Shown here in pieces: positions 37,800-51,995 of a stretch of DNA of 64,000 nt. The notes beneath the pieces were generated by a model that was not told the DNA's origin, searched no databases, and saw only the letters and a program-made list of their open reading frames with translations. A program made the translations under genes and the position numbers. The stretch is from Mobula birostris. Lineage: Eukaryota. Every line of letters starts with the position of its first letter. Position 1 is the stretch's first letter. The DNA lies in contig NC_092396.1 in assembly GCF_030028105.1 (NCBI RefSeq), positions 23,319,289 to 23,383,288 of the forward strand, written 5' to 3'.

Positions 37800-39800
37800 C
37801 AATGAAGATTTTTTACATCTACATTTACTTGTGAGTCAGATACAGAGGCAAGCTGCAGCAAGATCATGGACCCAACTCAAGTTACAGCAGAGGAGATGTT
37901 TGCTGTCTTGAGACAAATTAGGGTGGATAAATCCCCAGGGCTTGACTTGTGTTCCCTGTGGGAGGCAAGTGCAGAAACTGCTAGGGCCCTAGGAAAGATA
38001 GTTAAATCATCCTTAGCAACATGTGAGGTACCAGAAGAAATTAGGATAGCTAACATTGTTCCACCGTTTAAGAAGGGCTGAAAGAATAAACCAGGAAATT
38101 ATAGGCCGGTGAGCCTGACATCAGTAGTGGGAAACTTATTGTAAGGTATTCTAAGGGACTAGATATGAGTACTTGGAAAGACAGGGACTGATTAGGGATT
38201 GTCAGCATGGTTTTGCGTGTAGTAGGCGGTGTCTAACCAACCTTATAGAGCTTTTCGAGGAAGTTACCAGGAAAGTTGATGAAGGCAAGGCAGTGGATGT
38301 GGTTTACATAGACTTTAGGAAGGTATTTGACAAGGTCCTGCTTGGGAGTTTGGTCAAGAAGGTTCAGTCGCTTGGTGTTCAAGGTGAGGTAGTAAATTGG
38401 ATTAGACATTGGCTTCGCAGGAGAAGTCAGGGAGTGGCAGTAAATGGTTGCCTCTCTGACTGGAGGCCTGTGACTACTGAAGTGCCACAGGGGATTGGTG
38501 CAGGGTCCGTTGCTGTTTGTCATCTATATCAACAATCTGGATGATAATGTGACTGACTGGATCAGCAGATTTGTAGATGACACCAAGATTGAGCTGTGGT
38601 GTTCATAGCAAGAGGATTCGAGTACAGGAGCAGGGAGGTACTACTGCAGTTGTACAAGGCCTTGGTGAGACCACACCTGGAGTATTGTGTGCAGTTTTGG
38701 TCCCCTAATCTGAGGAAAGACATTCTTGCCATAGAGGGAGTACAAAGAAGGTTCACCAGATTGATTCCTGGGATGGGAGGACTTTCATATGATGAAAGAC
38801 TGGATCAACTCGGCTTATACTCGCTGGAATTTAGAAGATTGAGGGGGGATCTTATTGAAACATATAAAATCCTAAAGGGATCGGACAGGCTAGATGTAGG
38901 AAGATTGTTCCCGATGTTGGAGAAGTCCAGAACGAGGGGTCACAGTTTGAGGATAAAGGGGAAGCCTTTTAGGACCGACATGAGGAAAAACTTCTTCACA
39001 CAGAGAGTGGTGAATCTGTGGAATTCTCTGCCACAGGAAACAGTTGAGGCCAGTTCATTGGCTATATTTAAGAGGGAGTTAGATAAGGCACGTGGTTAAA
39101 GGGATCAGAAGGTATGGAGAGAAGACAGGTACAGGGTTCTGAGTTGGATGATCAGCCATGATTGTACTGAATGGCGGTGCAGGCTCGAAGGGCTGAATGG
39201 CCTACTCCTGCACCTATTTTCTATGTTTCTATGTTTCTATGTAGTGGACAGTGAGGAAGACTATCAAAGCTTGCAGTGGGATCTGGACAAGATGGAAAAG
39301 TAGGCTGAAAAATGAGAGATGGAATTTAATGCAGATAAGTGTGGGTTGTTGCACTTTGGGAGGTTCAACTAGGATAGGTTTTACATAGTAAGTGGGAGGG
39401 CACTGAGGAGTGCGGTAGAACAAAGGGATCTGGGAATACAGGTACATAATTCATTGAAAGCGGTGTCACAGGTAGATAGGGTCGTAAAGAAAGCTTTTGG
39501 TACATTGGCCTTCATAAATCAATGTATTGAGTACTGGAGTTGGGAAGTTATGTTGAAGTTGTATAAGGTGTTGGTGAGGCCTAATTTGGAGTATTGTTTG
39601 AAGTTTTGGTCACCTACCTACGGAAAAAATGTAAATACGTCTGAAAGAGTACACAAACATTTTACAAGGGTGTTCCAGGACTTGAGGACCTGAGTTATAG
39701 GGAAAGATTGAATAGGTTAGGACTTCAGTCTCTAGAAAGTAGAAGGGGAGGTTTGATAGATGTATACTGTGCATAATTATGAGCTGTATAGATAGGGTAT
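37800..39800 (+). mobile_element. CR1 RT region with a younger CR1 3' end nested at 38596-39240
   Basis: VDVVYIDFRKVFDKV, FVDDTKI; nested copy has an unbroken frame LYKALVRPHLEYCVQFW..RRLRGDLIETYKIL and a (CTATGTTT)n tail. Confidence 0.9.
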
Positions 39801-40008
39801 TGGATGGTTGGTGGAGATACGTCTTTACCAAAGGAGGTGTCAGGCTCTTCTTCCCTCCGCTAGCCTGCAGGTCACCTAATTAGCTCCTCCCCCCAACCCA
39901 ACCAATCAGGGTCATGTGAAGCCATGGAAGCAGGTGGCGGACAGTCGTGCGACCACCGTCACCAACCTCTGAAGAGTATTGATAATGGCTGAGTCAATGA
40001 CTCTAAAA

Positions 40009-40088
40009 CAGGGGTTCCCAACCTGGGGTCCATGGACCGCTCAGTTAATGGTAGGGCTCCATGGCATGAAGAAGGTTGGGAACCCCTG
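40009..40088. mobile_element. 80-bp hAT MITE
   Basis: CAGGGGTTCCCAACC...GGTTGGGAACCCCTG. Confidence 0.8.
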
Positions 40089-40231
40089 AACTAAGAGATG
40101 TTGCAGATAAGAAGATGTAGAGAATGGGATCAATTTTCAGATAGGCAAATGTGATTGGTGGGACACCACAGAAATCAGAAACATACCGCAGCTGCTTACA
40201 ACTTCTTGGTACACCACCCCATATTTATCTT

Positions 40232-40515
40232 TGCGTGGCGCGTGGCCAAGTGGTTAAGGCATTGGTCTAGTGATCTGAAGGTCGTGAGTTTGAGCCTCAG
40301 CCGAGGCAGCGTGTTGTGTCCTTCAGCAAGGCACTTAACCACACATTGCTCCGCGACGACACCGGTGCCAAGCTGTATGGGTCCTAATGCCCTTCCCTTG
40401 GACAACATCGGTAGCGTGGAGAGGGGAGACTTGCAGCATGGGGGACTGCTGGTCTTCCAAACAACCTTGCCCAGGCCTCAGTCAACATCGAAAATCGATG
40501 GACAGCCGAAGCAGA
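40232..40515 (+). mobile_element. tRNA-headed SINE
   Basis: A box TGGCCAAGTGG, B box GTTTGAGCC, then gtccttcagcaaggcacttaacc. Confidence 0.7.
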
Positions 40516-40549
40516 TTTATCTTCATCAAAAAACAATTCACGATTTACA

Positions 40550-41203
40550 AACAAGAGAAAATCTGCAGATGCTGGGAATCCAAGCAACGCACAAAACATG
40601 CTGTAGGAACTCAGCAGGTCAGGCAGGAAAAGAGTACAGTTGATGTTTTGGACGGAAACCCTTCGGCACTTTACATATTTATTATTCAAATTTCTCAATG
40701 ATAAATGTGTGCTAAGTAACTATGAATATCGAGTACATTCACCTGTATTACGAGCTTGTGATTTGCACTAAATTAAGTGCGCGGTGGCTAATCAGTGACT
40801 GCCATAGAACAATTCTGGTACAAAAGGCGCAGGAAACTTGCATTCTGTCACAACACTACCACCTATTGGTCAATTGTGGTAATTCAGCAGTAAACTCATA
40901 ACGTCAATCTGAAATAAAAATGGAATAATACAGGCATAAATGCCAGAAATACGCAGCAGGTTAGGCAGCATCTCTGGAGAAAGAAATAAAGCTAACATTA
41001 CATGTCAATGAGGTTTCATGCAGGTGAGGGTGAACATGTTAGGTGAAAAACAACTGTCCTCAATTTAACAAACGAGAAGCTCTGCAGATGCTGGAAATCA
41101 GAGTAACACACACAAAATGCTGGAGGAACTCAGCAGGCCAGGCAGCACCTACGGAAAAGAGTAAACAGTTGACGTATTGGACCGAGACCCTTCACTAGGA
41201 CCT
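40550..41203 (-). mobile_element. Cluster of Penelope-like terminal fragments (40550-40670, ~40925-41020, 41066-41203)
   Basis: ctgcagatgctgg...aactcagcagg..aggcagc; decayed hammerhead motif on the minus strand. Confidence 0.6.
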
Positions 41204-42150
41204 TCCTCAACTTAAGCTAGAGCATTGCTAAAAGTATAAAGGACGAATAAAGCTCTATCAGTGAACAGATGACAGCAGATATTTAATCAGTTATGCCGTA
41301 AAGCTTGGTAGAAGTTCATCTGAGTAGGAAAAAAGGACTCAGCAAGTACCTAAGGTGAAGGAAGATATTAAATCAAAAGCTAGAATATACAAAGCAGGGG
41401 ACTAAAACACAGAGAGGGAGGAAGTGAGCTGATTGTAAGAGAAAACAGGCAACGTACATTGAAACAAATAACAAGAGTTTCAGTGGGTATATATAAAGGA
41501 AAATGGTAGCAAGAGTAAAAGGAAGTGGGTGGCTAAGGGGGATTAGTAACAGGAAACAAGGAAATGGCAGAGAATTTAAACCAATACTTTGTATCCGTGC
41601 TTATGCTGGTGGACATTGCAGATATCCCAAAGGCGACAGATGAACTAGTTGCAAATGGGAGGGAAGAACTTGAAAAAATTCCTACTACAAGGAATAAATA
41701 TTGGAAACTTAATGAAACTGCATGCAGACAAGTTAGATGGGTGTTAAAGCATTATTAAAGTATCATTAAAGAATGGAACCAATGGTTGAAGCTTTTCCAA
41801 ACTCACAGTTTTAGGAAGGTACCAGCAGAGTGGAAAACTCTTGTTGAGGAAGGGAGACAAAAAAGCTGGCAATTAGTTCAACATCTGCTGTTTGCGAACA
41901 TGTGAGAGATCATAATTACAATGCAAATGGCTGAAAATTTAGAGGAGCTTAATGCACTCAAACAATTGAACATAGTGTTCTGAAGGAAAATCGTTTGACA
42001 AATTTGCTAGGGTTCTGTGAGGATGTAAACACAGTCATTCAGTATTCTGAAGGCAACGTGCCCAAGGTAAGGGCTCGTGGTATTGGGGGAGATTATATTG
42101 ATGTGAATTGTGTGGTTATTATGTGTCAGAATAAATAGGTCTTTGTTAGA

Positions 42151-42808
42151 CTAAACCTTGAGAACTCCAGAAGTCACTCTTGGCCCTTATCAGTTTACTG
42201 TCCACATTTAGAAAAAGGGTCAAAGTGTGAAGTGAGAAAGCTTGATAATGACACAAGAACATGCAGGAGGACATACTGTGATGAGCATAATTGGACTCGC
42301 AACTGAATATGTTGAGTAAGTGGGCAAAAACTTGACACAAGGAATTTAATGTTAGGAAGTGCAAGATCAAACACATTGATAAAAGGAATCAAAGGGGAGA
42401 TTATGATTTAAAGTAGAGAGAGACAATAAATCAGCAGAGTACAATTGATCCTGCTGTACTTGTTCATGAAATAGAAAAGGTTACAGACAGGTACAGGTAG
42501 TAATTATATGGCAAGTGACATATTAATCTTTATTGCTGGGGGGGGCTCAGGTGGGGAGGAGGTGGAGTTTAAACATATGATTAATTGGTCACATGGGTGT
42601 AATTGGGCAGAATGGACTTGTTGGGCCAGAAAGGTCCTTTACAATGCTGTATCTCTAAAAAAAATAAATAAATATTGTTGCGTTTTATACAAGATAGTGG
42701 TGAGACCATACCTGGGGTATAGTGTGCAGCAGAAGAGGTTCCCTGGCTTAAGAAAGAATATACTAGCTCTGGATGCAGTCCTGAAGAGATTCACTTGGTT
42801 AATACTTG
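42151..42808 (+). repeat. Direct repeat copy 1 (decayed CR1 with nested SINE-like tail)
   Basis: Colinear and highly similar to 45788-46424. Confidence 0.93.
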
Positions 42809-45787
42809 GATTGGGTGTTGTGCAATGAACTTAAGAGAGCTTAAGGTAAAGGAACCCTTGGGGACAAGTGATCATAATTTGATAAGCTCTACCCTGCAAT
42901 TTAAGGAGAAGGTAAATGGGACCGCATGACCCCAATTACATCGGTGGTGCGCAAGTGGAACAGGTCAAAAGCTTTAAGTTCCCTGGGGTCAATATCACAA
43001 ATGACCTGACTTGATCCAACCAAGCAGAGTCCACCGCCAAGAAGGCCCACCAGCGCCTTTACTTCCTGAGAAAGCTAAAGAAATTTGGCCTGTACCCTAA
43101 AACCCTCACTAATTTTTATAGATGCACCGTAGAAAGCATTCTTCTAGGGTGCATCACAACCTGGTATAGAAGTTGTCCTGTCCAAGACCAGAAGAAGCTG
43201 CAGAAGATCGTGAACACAGGCCAACACGTCACACAAACCAATCTTCCGTCCTTGGACTCACTTTACACCGCACGCTGTCAGAGCAGTGCTGCCAGGATAA
43301 TCGAGGACACGACCCACCCAGCCAACACACTTTTCGTCCCTCTTCCCTCCGGGAGAAGGCTCAGGAGCTTGAAGACTCGTACGGCCAGATTTGGGAACAG
43401 CTTCTTTTTGATCTGGGATCCTGACCCGGATCTGGGCCATACCCTCCAAATATCCGGACCTGCCTCTCGGTTTTTTTACACTACCTTACTTTCCCTTTTC
43501 TATTTTCTATTTATGTTTTATAATTTAAATTTTTACTATTTACTATCGATTTGTACTCCAGGGAGCGCATAGCGCAGAATCAAATATCACTGTGCTGATT
43601 GTACGCTCTAGTATCAATTGTCTGGCGACAGTAAAGTCAGATCTATCAGAATTACAGTGGGCATAGGGAATTACAGATTGGAAAAGAACACTGGCAGGGA
43701 TGAAGGCAGAACAGCAATGGCTGGAGTTTCTGGGAGCAATTCAGAAGGCGCGGGATATATATATCCCAAAGAGGAAGAAGTAGTCCAGATGCAGAATGAC
43801 ACAACTGTGGCTGACAAGAGAATTCAGAATCAGAATCAGGTTTATTATCACCGGCAAGTGACGTGAACTTTGTTAACTTAGCAGCAGCAAATCAATGCAA
43901 TGCATAATATATTAGAGAAAAAACAAAATAAAATAATATTAATAATAATAAAGTATTCGCATATTGAATAGATTAAAAATCATGCAAAACACAGAAATAA
44001 TATAGATTTTAGAAGTGAGGTAGTGTCCAAGGGTTCAATGTCCATTTAGGAATCAGATGGTAGAGGGGAAGAAGCTGTTCCCAAATCGCTGAGTGTGATT
44101 CAAAGCCAACATAAAAACCAAAGAGAGGGCATATAACAGAGCAACAATTAATGGGAAGTTAGAGGATTGGGAAGCATTTAAAAACCAACAGAAGGCAACT
44201 AAAAAGTCATTAAGAAGGAAAATATGGAATACGAAGGCAAGCTAGAAAATAATATCAAAGAGAGGCGAGAGAAGATAATCAGACAGCTAGAAAATGATGC
44301 TGGATAGGTAGTACTGGGGGACGAGGAAATGGCTGATGAACTGAATAAGCATCTTGCATCAGCCTTCACCGTGGAAGACACCAGCACGATGGCAGAAGTC
44401 CCAGGTGTCAGAGGTCATAGTGTGTGAAGTTACCATTACTAGGGAGAACTTTCCTGGGAAACTGAAGGTCTGAAGGTGGATAAATCACCTGGACCAGATG
44501 GTATACTCCCAATGGTTCTGAAAGACGTAGCTGAAGAAATTGTGGAATCATTAGTAATAATCTTTCAAGAATTAATTGATTCTCATATGGTTTTGGAGGA
44601 CTGGAAAATTGCAAGTGTCTCTCCACTCTCAAGAAGGGAGGGAGGCAGAAGAAAGGAAATTAAAGGCCAGTTAATCTGACCCCAATGGTTAGGAAGGTGT
44701 TTGATTCTATTGTTAAGGATATGGTTTCTGGGTACTTGGAGGCATATGATTAAATAGGCTAAAGCTGGCATGGTTTCTTTAAGGGGAAATCTTGCCTGAC
44801 AAATCTGTTGGAATTTTTTGAAGAAATAGCAAGCAGGATAGACAAAGATTGGCAGATGTTGGGTTTTCAGAAGGTGCTAAACAAGTTAAGAGCTCATGGT
44901 GTTATCGGAAAGATACTAGCATGGATAAAACATTGGCTGATTGGCAGGAGGCAAAGAGTGGGATAAAGGGAGCCTTTTCTGCTTGGCTACTGATGACTGG
45001 TGGTCTGTGTTGGGATCGCTTTGTTTTATGTTATACGTCAATGATTTGGATGGCGGAATGGAGAGAAAATTCAAAATCTGAGATGCAAGGGGACTTGGGA
45101 GTCCTCAAGCAGGATACCCTAGAGGTTAATTTGCAGGTTCAGTTTGGTGGTGAGGAAGGCAAATAGGATGTTAGCATTCACCTTGAGAGGACTAGAATAT
45201 AAAATCAAGGATGCAATGTTGAGGCTTTATAAGGCACTGGTGAGGCCTCACTTGGAGTTCTGTGAGCAGTTTCGGGCCTTTTATCTAAGAAAGGGTATGC
45301 TGACTGGAGAGTGTTCAAAGGAGGTTCACCGTAATGATTCCAGGATTGAAAGGCATCTCGTATGAGGAGCATTTGATGGGATGGGCCTCTACACACTGGA
45401 ATTCAGAAGAAAGAGAGGTGGCCTCATTGAAACCTATCGAATATTGAAAGGCCTCACTAGACTGGATGTGGAGAGGATGTTTCCTTTGGAGGGAAAGTTT
45501 AAGACCAAGAGGACACAGCTTCAGGGTAGAGAGATGTCCTTTTAGAACAGAGGTGAGAGTGGTAAATCTGTGGGATTCATTATCACAGGTGGCTGTGGAG
45601 GCCAAATCATTGGGTATATTTAAGGCAGAGATTGGTAGATTCTTGATTAGTCATGGCGTGAAGGGATAGGGCAGGGGAGCAAGTAGAATGAGATTGGGGC
45701 TGAGAGGGAAAATTGAGCAGCCATGATGAAATGGCAGAGCGGACTTGATGGGCCAAATGGCCTAATTCTGCTCCCACGTCTTATCAC
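42809..45787 (+). mobile_element. 5'-truncated CR1 with nested Rex fragments (~42915-43636 +; ~43824-44098 -)
   Basis: DKSPGPDGILP..EDWKIA, LYKALVRPHLEFCEQF; CR1 tail gcctaattctgctcccacgtcttat. Confidence 0.88.
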
Positions 45788-46424
45788 CTAACCCTGGAAC
45801 TCACTTCTTGCCCTCATCAGTTTACTGTCCGCGTTTAGAAAAAGGGTCAAAGTGTGAAGTAAGAAAGCTTGATAATGATACAAGAACATGCGGGAGGGCA
45901 TGCCGTGATGAGCATATTTGGACTCTGCAACTGCATATGTTGATTAATTGGGTAAAAACTTGACAGAAGGAATTTAATGTTAGGAAGTGCGAGATCAAGC
46001 ACATTGATGAAAGGAATCAAAGGGGAGATTATGATCTAAAGTAGAGGGAGACTACAAATCAGTAAAGTACAATTGATCTTGCTGTACTTGTTCATGAAAT
46101 AGAAAAGGTTACAGACAGGTACAGGTAGTAATTATAAGGCAAGTGACATATTAATCTTTATTGCTGGGGGGGGCTCAGCTGGGGAAGTGGTGGAGTTTAA
46201 ACATTTGATTAATTGGTCATGAGTGTAATTGGGGAGAACAGACTAGTTGGGCAGGACGGGCCTGTTACTGTTCTGTATCTCTAAATAACAGATAATGTTC
46301 CATTTGTACAAGATGGTGAGACCATACCTGGAGTATGGTGTGCAGTATTGATGGTGCCCTGGTTTGAGGAAAAATATGCTAGCTTCGGATGCAGTCCTGA
46401 AGAAATCCACTCGATTAATACTTG
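45788..46424 (+). repeat. Direct repeat copy 2
   Basis: Starts directly after the CR1 tail; matches 42151-42808. Confidence 0.93.
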
Positions 46425-46562
46425 AGATGAAAGGGTTGCTCTATTTTGAAAGGCTTAAAAAAAAGTTAAGAATTTAGAAGATCACATTGATACACCAAAG
46501 TTCATAAGGGAGTAGAAAAAGGCAGATAAAGGACAAGAGTTTCCAACAGGACGACATGATCT

Positions 46563-46700
46563 CACAGCATCTGCAGATTATCAGTGTTGCTTTGACCCCA
46601 GCATCTGCAGATTATCCACGGATACTGCCCGACCTGCTGAGTTCCTCCAGCGTGTTGTGAGTGTTGCTTTGACCCCAGCATCTGCAGATTATTTTGTGTT
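46563..46700 (+). mobile_element. Penelope-like terminal fragment with internal tandem duplication
   Basis: cagcatctgcagattat x3; agtgttgctttgaccc x2. Confidence 0.6.
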
Positions 46701-48114
46701 GACGTGATTTGAAAATATGGGTAATTTAAAATAGAGGTGCATCTTGTCACAGAGGACTGCAAAAGGTTGAGAACTTGGATAAATGGTGATACTTAAAGAG
46801 ACACAAAACTAATTTATGAAGGATTAGGGAGTTCAGGGCTAGGTAGAACTAACTTGAAAGGAGTTGAGGCCTGGGGGCAGATCAGCCATGACCTCATCGA
46901 ATGGCAACAGAGGCCTGAAGAATCATGTGACCCATTCCTCCTCCCATTTTCTTCTGTTCCTTTCATCAGAACTAGGAAAATAACTCCCAAGGGAAGGGGA
47001 ACTTGACGGTTCCCAGGAATTCCTTCCCAGTCCTGATGAAAGGTGATTATTTTAAAACTTCAAGTGTTTCCCAACCAGTAAACACCATCATAACATTTTT
47101 TGTCCAGAATCTCTATTATTTTCTGATTTTAAATTTCAGGTTTTCAGCATCTGCAGCTTCACATTTACTAATTCTTGTGTTCCAAATTTTTCAGTCTGAT
47201 CATAGTTTATCAACCTGAGACATTATTATGTCACCACAGACTCTGCATAACCAATGTTTCATGTTCAGTATTTCAGAATTCCACAGAGCCCTTTCAAGTT
47301 CAACTTAAAAGGTGACCAATTAACTCATGCCAAGAGTTTGAATTCATGGACAGAAGAACAGCAAGCGATGGGGGTGGGATAATGGGAAATCCATGGTAAC
47401 CTGACCCCTTCCTTCTCTGGGTACTTACACGTGGCAACAACACCTTAGAATGGATAGAAGTTTATATGGTTCACATACAAGCTGAAATAATAATTAAGCA
47501 TGCAGGAGATCTAATCGACTTATGTTCATCCCTGTGGAAAACTCATTATGCCTCATTTCAGCATTTAAGTATTTCTCAAATATTTTCTTTTTTTTTTGCA
47601 CCGCTCTGTTCAGAAAACTATTCTGTATATCAGGAACTTGATATTATTTTCAAAACTTCCACTGAACAGTTTAAATATGTCCCTTTCCCAGATCCTAACA
47701 GGTAGTTTAAAACGTTCTGGATACATTTTCCATTCCCTTAAGTTTAATTTTTTGAATTTATATATAATTTCACAGGCCTGTTCTTTAGAAGGGAAACAGC
47801 TCTTCAAGTTTTTCTTCCTAACACGGACACTGGACAGCTGTGATCAGCTTTGGAGTTCTTTGAACTCCCATCATTTTGTATTTTAAGTCCTCTTCTGTGA
47901 CTCAAGCTGGACATGATACAGACTAGCCTAGCCAGGAGTTTTGTTACGATTTTGCCTTTTAATATCTGCTTTGAATCATTGGGGAATATTGTAAATCACA
48001 TCTCCCAAAATGCTAGGCTCTTTTACAGATTGACTCGTATTTGAACAGGATTAAAATAAGAACTTGTGTCCAGAAATCACTTTAAAAATCCAGATACATC
48101 ATCAATGAGAAAAA

Positions 48115-48440
48115 TGAAGGGAGATTTGATAGAGATATATAAAATAATGAGGGGTTTAGATAGGATAAATGCAAGCAGGCTTTTTCCACTGAGGTTGGGT
48201 GAGACTTAAACTGGAGGTCATAGGTTAGGGGTGAAAGGTGAAATATTTTAGGGGAACTTGAGAGAGAGGGTGGTGAGAGTATGGAACGAGCGGATGCAGC
48301 TTCGATCTCATCATTTAAGGGAAATTTGGACAAGTATATGGAGGGCTATGGTCCAGGTACAGGTTGATGAGAATAGGCAGGATAACAATTCAGCATGGGC
48401 TAAAGAGCCTGTTTCAGTGTTGTAGTGCTCTATGGCTATA
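48115..48440 (+). mobile_element. CR1 3' fragment; further old CR1 remnants at ~49230-49760 and ~52990-53630 (+)
   Basis: gagatttgatagagatatataaaataatgagggg...; CR1 tail. Confidence 0.75.
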
Positions 48441-51400
48441 GTTATTGAATGTAGCAGTTAAAGATCTCAAGTTTGTTAGAAATGTTTTCTTCTCATCCGT
48501 CCCACTCCCTCTCCTAAATACTTTGGTCATTAATCCAGGTTTGTGCAGGTGGATTAATTTGGTCTGAGATTATCAATGCTAGATAATTTTCCTTTACTTT
48601 CTGGACTCCACAGCAAGAATCCCCACAAAAATTAATGCAGATCAGATTTGATACGGCAAAGGATTTAAATAGCAACCATCCATCCTGCACTTGCAGAAGC
48701 TGAAACCCAGCACAATTTTACCTTTGGCCTAGGCCTGTATGTAATTTCAAGTCTTAGACCCACACTTCCAAGTATCTGCTGTTTCCTATCCTCAAGCACT
48801 TTGTCCATTTCTGCATTCTCAATGTACAAAAAGACAAACACACAGATATTTTGAACATAATGGTTTATGTAAAAGAGCAACCATTGTACAAACATTGGGA
48901 ATGTTTAAAACAAGTTTGTAAACTTTTAAAACAAATTATTCTGAATTTATCATACATTATATTAAACAAAATTAATTTTATTTGTATTCAAGTATGCTGC
49001 AAAATACATTGATTCTGTTGTGATAAAATAGATTAGTACTATAATGTACTGAATATCCTAAAGAGAGCAGCTAATGAGGCTCGGCAGAGATCAATTTCCT
49101 TCACAGGCATGCAAGTTTCTCTCCCTTCCTATCTATACTGACATGCAGTACAAACAGAGTGCATCCTTGCTCAATTGAACAATGCTGTCCAGGGAGGAAA
49201 ATCATTAAAGGCAGACGTAATTATTTGTGTACATTGAAACAGATGTATGGGACCACAAGGAGGTTATGCTAAATTGTTATCAGTCACTAACCAGACCCCT
49301 GTTGCATTCAGTTCTGAGCTCCATGTCTAAGAACACAAAGCTTTGCAAAAGTTGTACTAGGGATCCTCTCAGATGGGAGAGTGCATTTATAATGAAAGAA
49401 TGGAGAGAAAGTCGAGGGAAGATGTCCAATATTAGGACAGGCCTGAGTAGAGTAGAAGCAGCAAAATTATTTTCTCTGGCAAGGAAGTTGGCAAACAGAC
49501 AGCACAAAGTACGATAAACTGGCAAAGAGCCAGGTGGGAGTGGAACAAAGTTTCTACTACTACTGAGTGGTTTTAAATTTGAAACAACCAAAAGGTGAAG
49601 GAAATAGATTCAATAGTAACTTTAAGAAAGCTGCTTTAATGTGGGAAAGAAAATTGGGTAAGTGGCAGGAGGTGGGGGCATCATCAGACACTGGCATGTA
49701 CAGTTAATTGGAAAGCTTTCAAAGAAATGGCACAGACATTTGGGCAGACAGCCTGTGAAAAGCTGCCAAGCTCAGTCTTTTCCAATACTAAGTGATTGGA
49801 TGCATTTAAATACTGTAGTTATTTTCTCCTTCTAAAGTCATTCATTTAATTAATCCCACAGCCCTCTAGTGTCTAACATTGTTTGATGTTTGGTTTATTC
49901 AGGGAAAAAAAACACCAAATATAAAAAGATAGGAGAATGAAAAATGTTCATTTGATTAACCGCTTCTTTGATAAATGCTTGATATATTATGCGTACATTT
50001 ACATTGTTCAATAATTGACTTTCAGATGCTAGAAATAGCAGTTTATCTAACATTTAAATTATCTGATCTACTATTGTATTAAAAATAATTAAAATACGAT
50101 TTGATATTTTCTATTAGTCAAACTAGGAAGAACATTATAGTACAATAAAATAGTGAAATGTTGCCTCCCTTTATCTTGTAATTTACAATATCATAGCAAC
50201 AGATACTGGAAAAAATAATCACTCAAAAACCACATATGCACTAAAGAGACCAGTAAACTGCATAAACATCCTGTGCAGAAGGTAACTATTCATAAATACA
50301 AAGTAGATTTGTCACCAGACAGTTCATGTGAGAAGTGGGTTACTCAGAATCCTCCATTGCCTGGGGAAATTCAAGCATCTTTAGATAACTGCACTACTCC
50401 AAAGAGCGCTATGAGGTCATTCTTACCCCTGACCATTAGGCTCTGGAGTGAGTCCGGCCAGAGAAGTGATGACCCCCCAGACTGTTTGTGGCAACTTATT
50501 TTTTATTATTTCTACTTTTGTGCACTTGTAATGCTACTGTGACACTACAATTTCCTTTGGAATCAATAAAGTATCTACCTATCAATCAGTACTGGTATAC
50601 TCTACACCAACGAGTGCAACAAAGTGCTGTGCAACTTTGCAGCACCTTTTGTAAACATTCCTATCCCCTCAGCTACGGCAGAGGAGATAAATTCCCTGTG
50701 AAGATACCCTTTTCAATGTATTTATGACCATTTTTTCCATTTCCTCTTAAGTAGCCCGAGTGACATTAATGCCTTTTTGTGAAATACCTCGGCGCATCCT
50801 TGTTTGAAATCAATACAGAGCAACATTAATCCAACCCTCTTCTGAGAGATTACGAAGAGCCAAATGAATAAACAGAGCCAAATTAAAAGGCAAGTTTGAA
50901 TTTAGCAATTTGTGAAGATTTGAAAGGATAAGTCACGATGGATAAAAGATTAGGTCTGAAGGACTCAACAGACTCCCTGTCCATTTCTACAAGGATGTAC
51001 TTGTAATTGCATATTTAAATACACCCCGAACAAGCCTGTGGGGTAACAAACAAATTAGTAAATGGCTGCAGTTTCCCTCATCACTCATGTTCTCCCTCTT
51101 TTGGACCTTCCAGTCATTTAGTCCTGATAAGGACAATCAGATACCCTTTGTCAAATGCTCTTTAGGATGACATATTCAGGATTGTTGAGGAACCTACGTC
51201 AGGAACTAATTAACCAACAACACAATGAGATAACAGGGCAAAAACTTTCTTCTCCGTAACTTTGCACAATTTGTTTTAAACATGAGCACCCAAAAACTCA
51301 GCCAGTCTGTTAATACTAATACCATCTACAACATATTGGAATTAATCTGAAACACAAATGCAACAAATAAATACATAAAATAAGAGAATCAGATATGAAG

Positions 51401-51989
51401 TTGCCCAGAAGAAAGTTATGCAAAAAAATACCAAACCCATGAGCTTTCAGTGGTTGTTGGTGCTCACAGTCACAGATGCCATTTTCTCCCAATATTACTT
51501 CAAATTACATAACAATGAATATTAAAATATTCAAATAGGGAGGGCAACTAGTTATGGAGTCGTAGAGCAATACAGCATACATGCAGGCCCTTCAGCCCAA
51601 TGAAGCCATGTTGACCTTGTTTCTCCAGCTACCTACCCCAATTTCCGTTTGCCCAATCCCTGCAGGCTCCTCCCCTCATGCACCTAAAACAAAAGCAGAG
51701 TCAAATGCACAAGAACTTAACTAGGATAAGAATCAAAGGGATGATGAGAAAAGGGGGAAATGCAGAAATCACTATTGACTCAAGTCAAGTATGAATTGAA
51801 TAATTAACTGATACTTTAGGAATTTTGAGAATACTTCAGGATTTTCAGAAGGGATGGGCTTGCTCACATCACACGAAGAAAAAATATCCATCAATTGCAA
51901 GTTTTTTTACTTTTAAAAAAGTTAGAGGCCAAACCTTCGTGCAGTCCGATTTAATTTTAAATAATTATTAAATATTAGGATAAGCTTTG

Positions 51990-51995
51990 TTTATT
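51990..51995 (-). terminator. First canonical AATAAA downstream of the SLC66A1 stop (ATTAAA nearby at ~52019)
   Basis: TTTATT on +; none seen by eye between 52000 and 55482. Confidence 0.3.

Noticed and set aside
38596-39099. 167-aa ORF as a host gene
   Set aside because: It is the C-terminus of CR1 ORF2 from a young 5'-truncated insertion.
40232-40310. tRNA gene
   Set aside because: A and B boxes are present but run into a SINE body; no complete cloverleaf or poly-T terminator.
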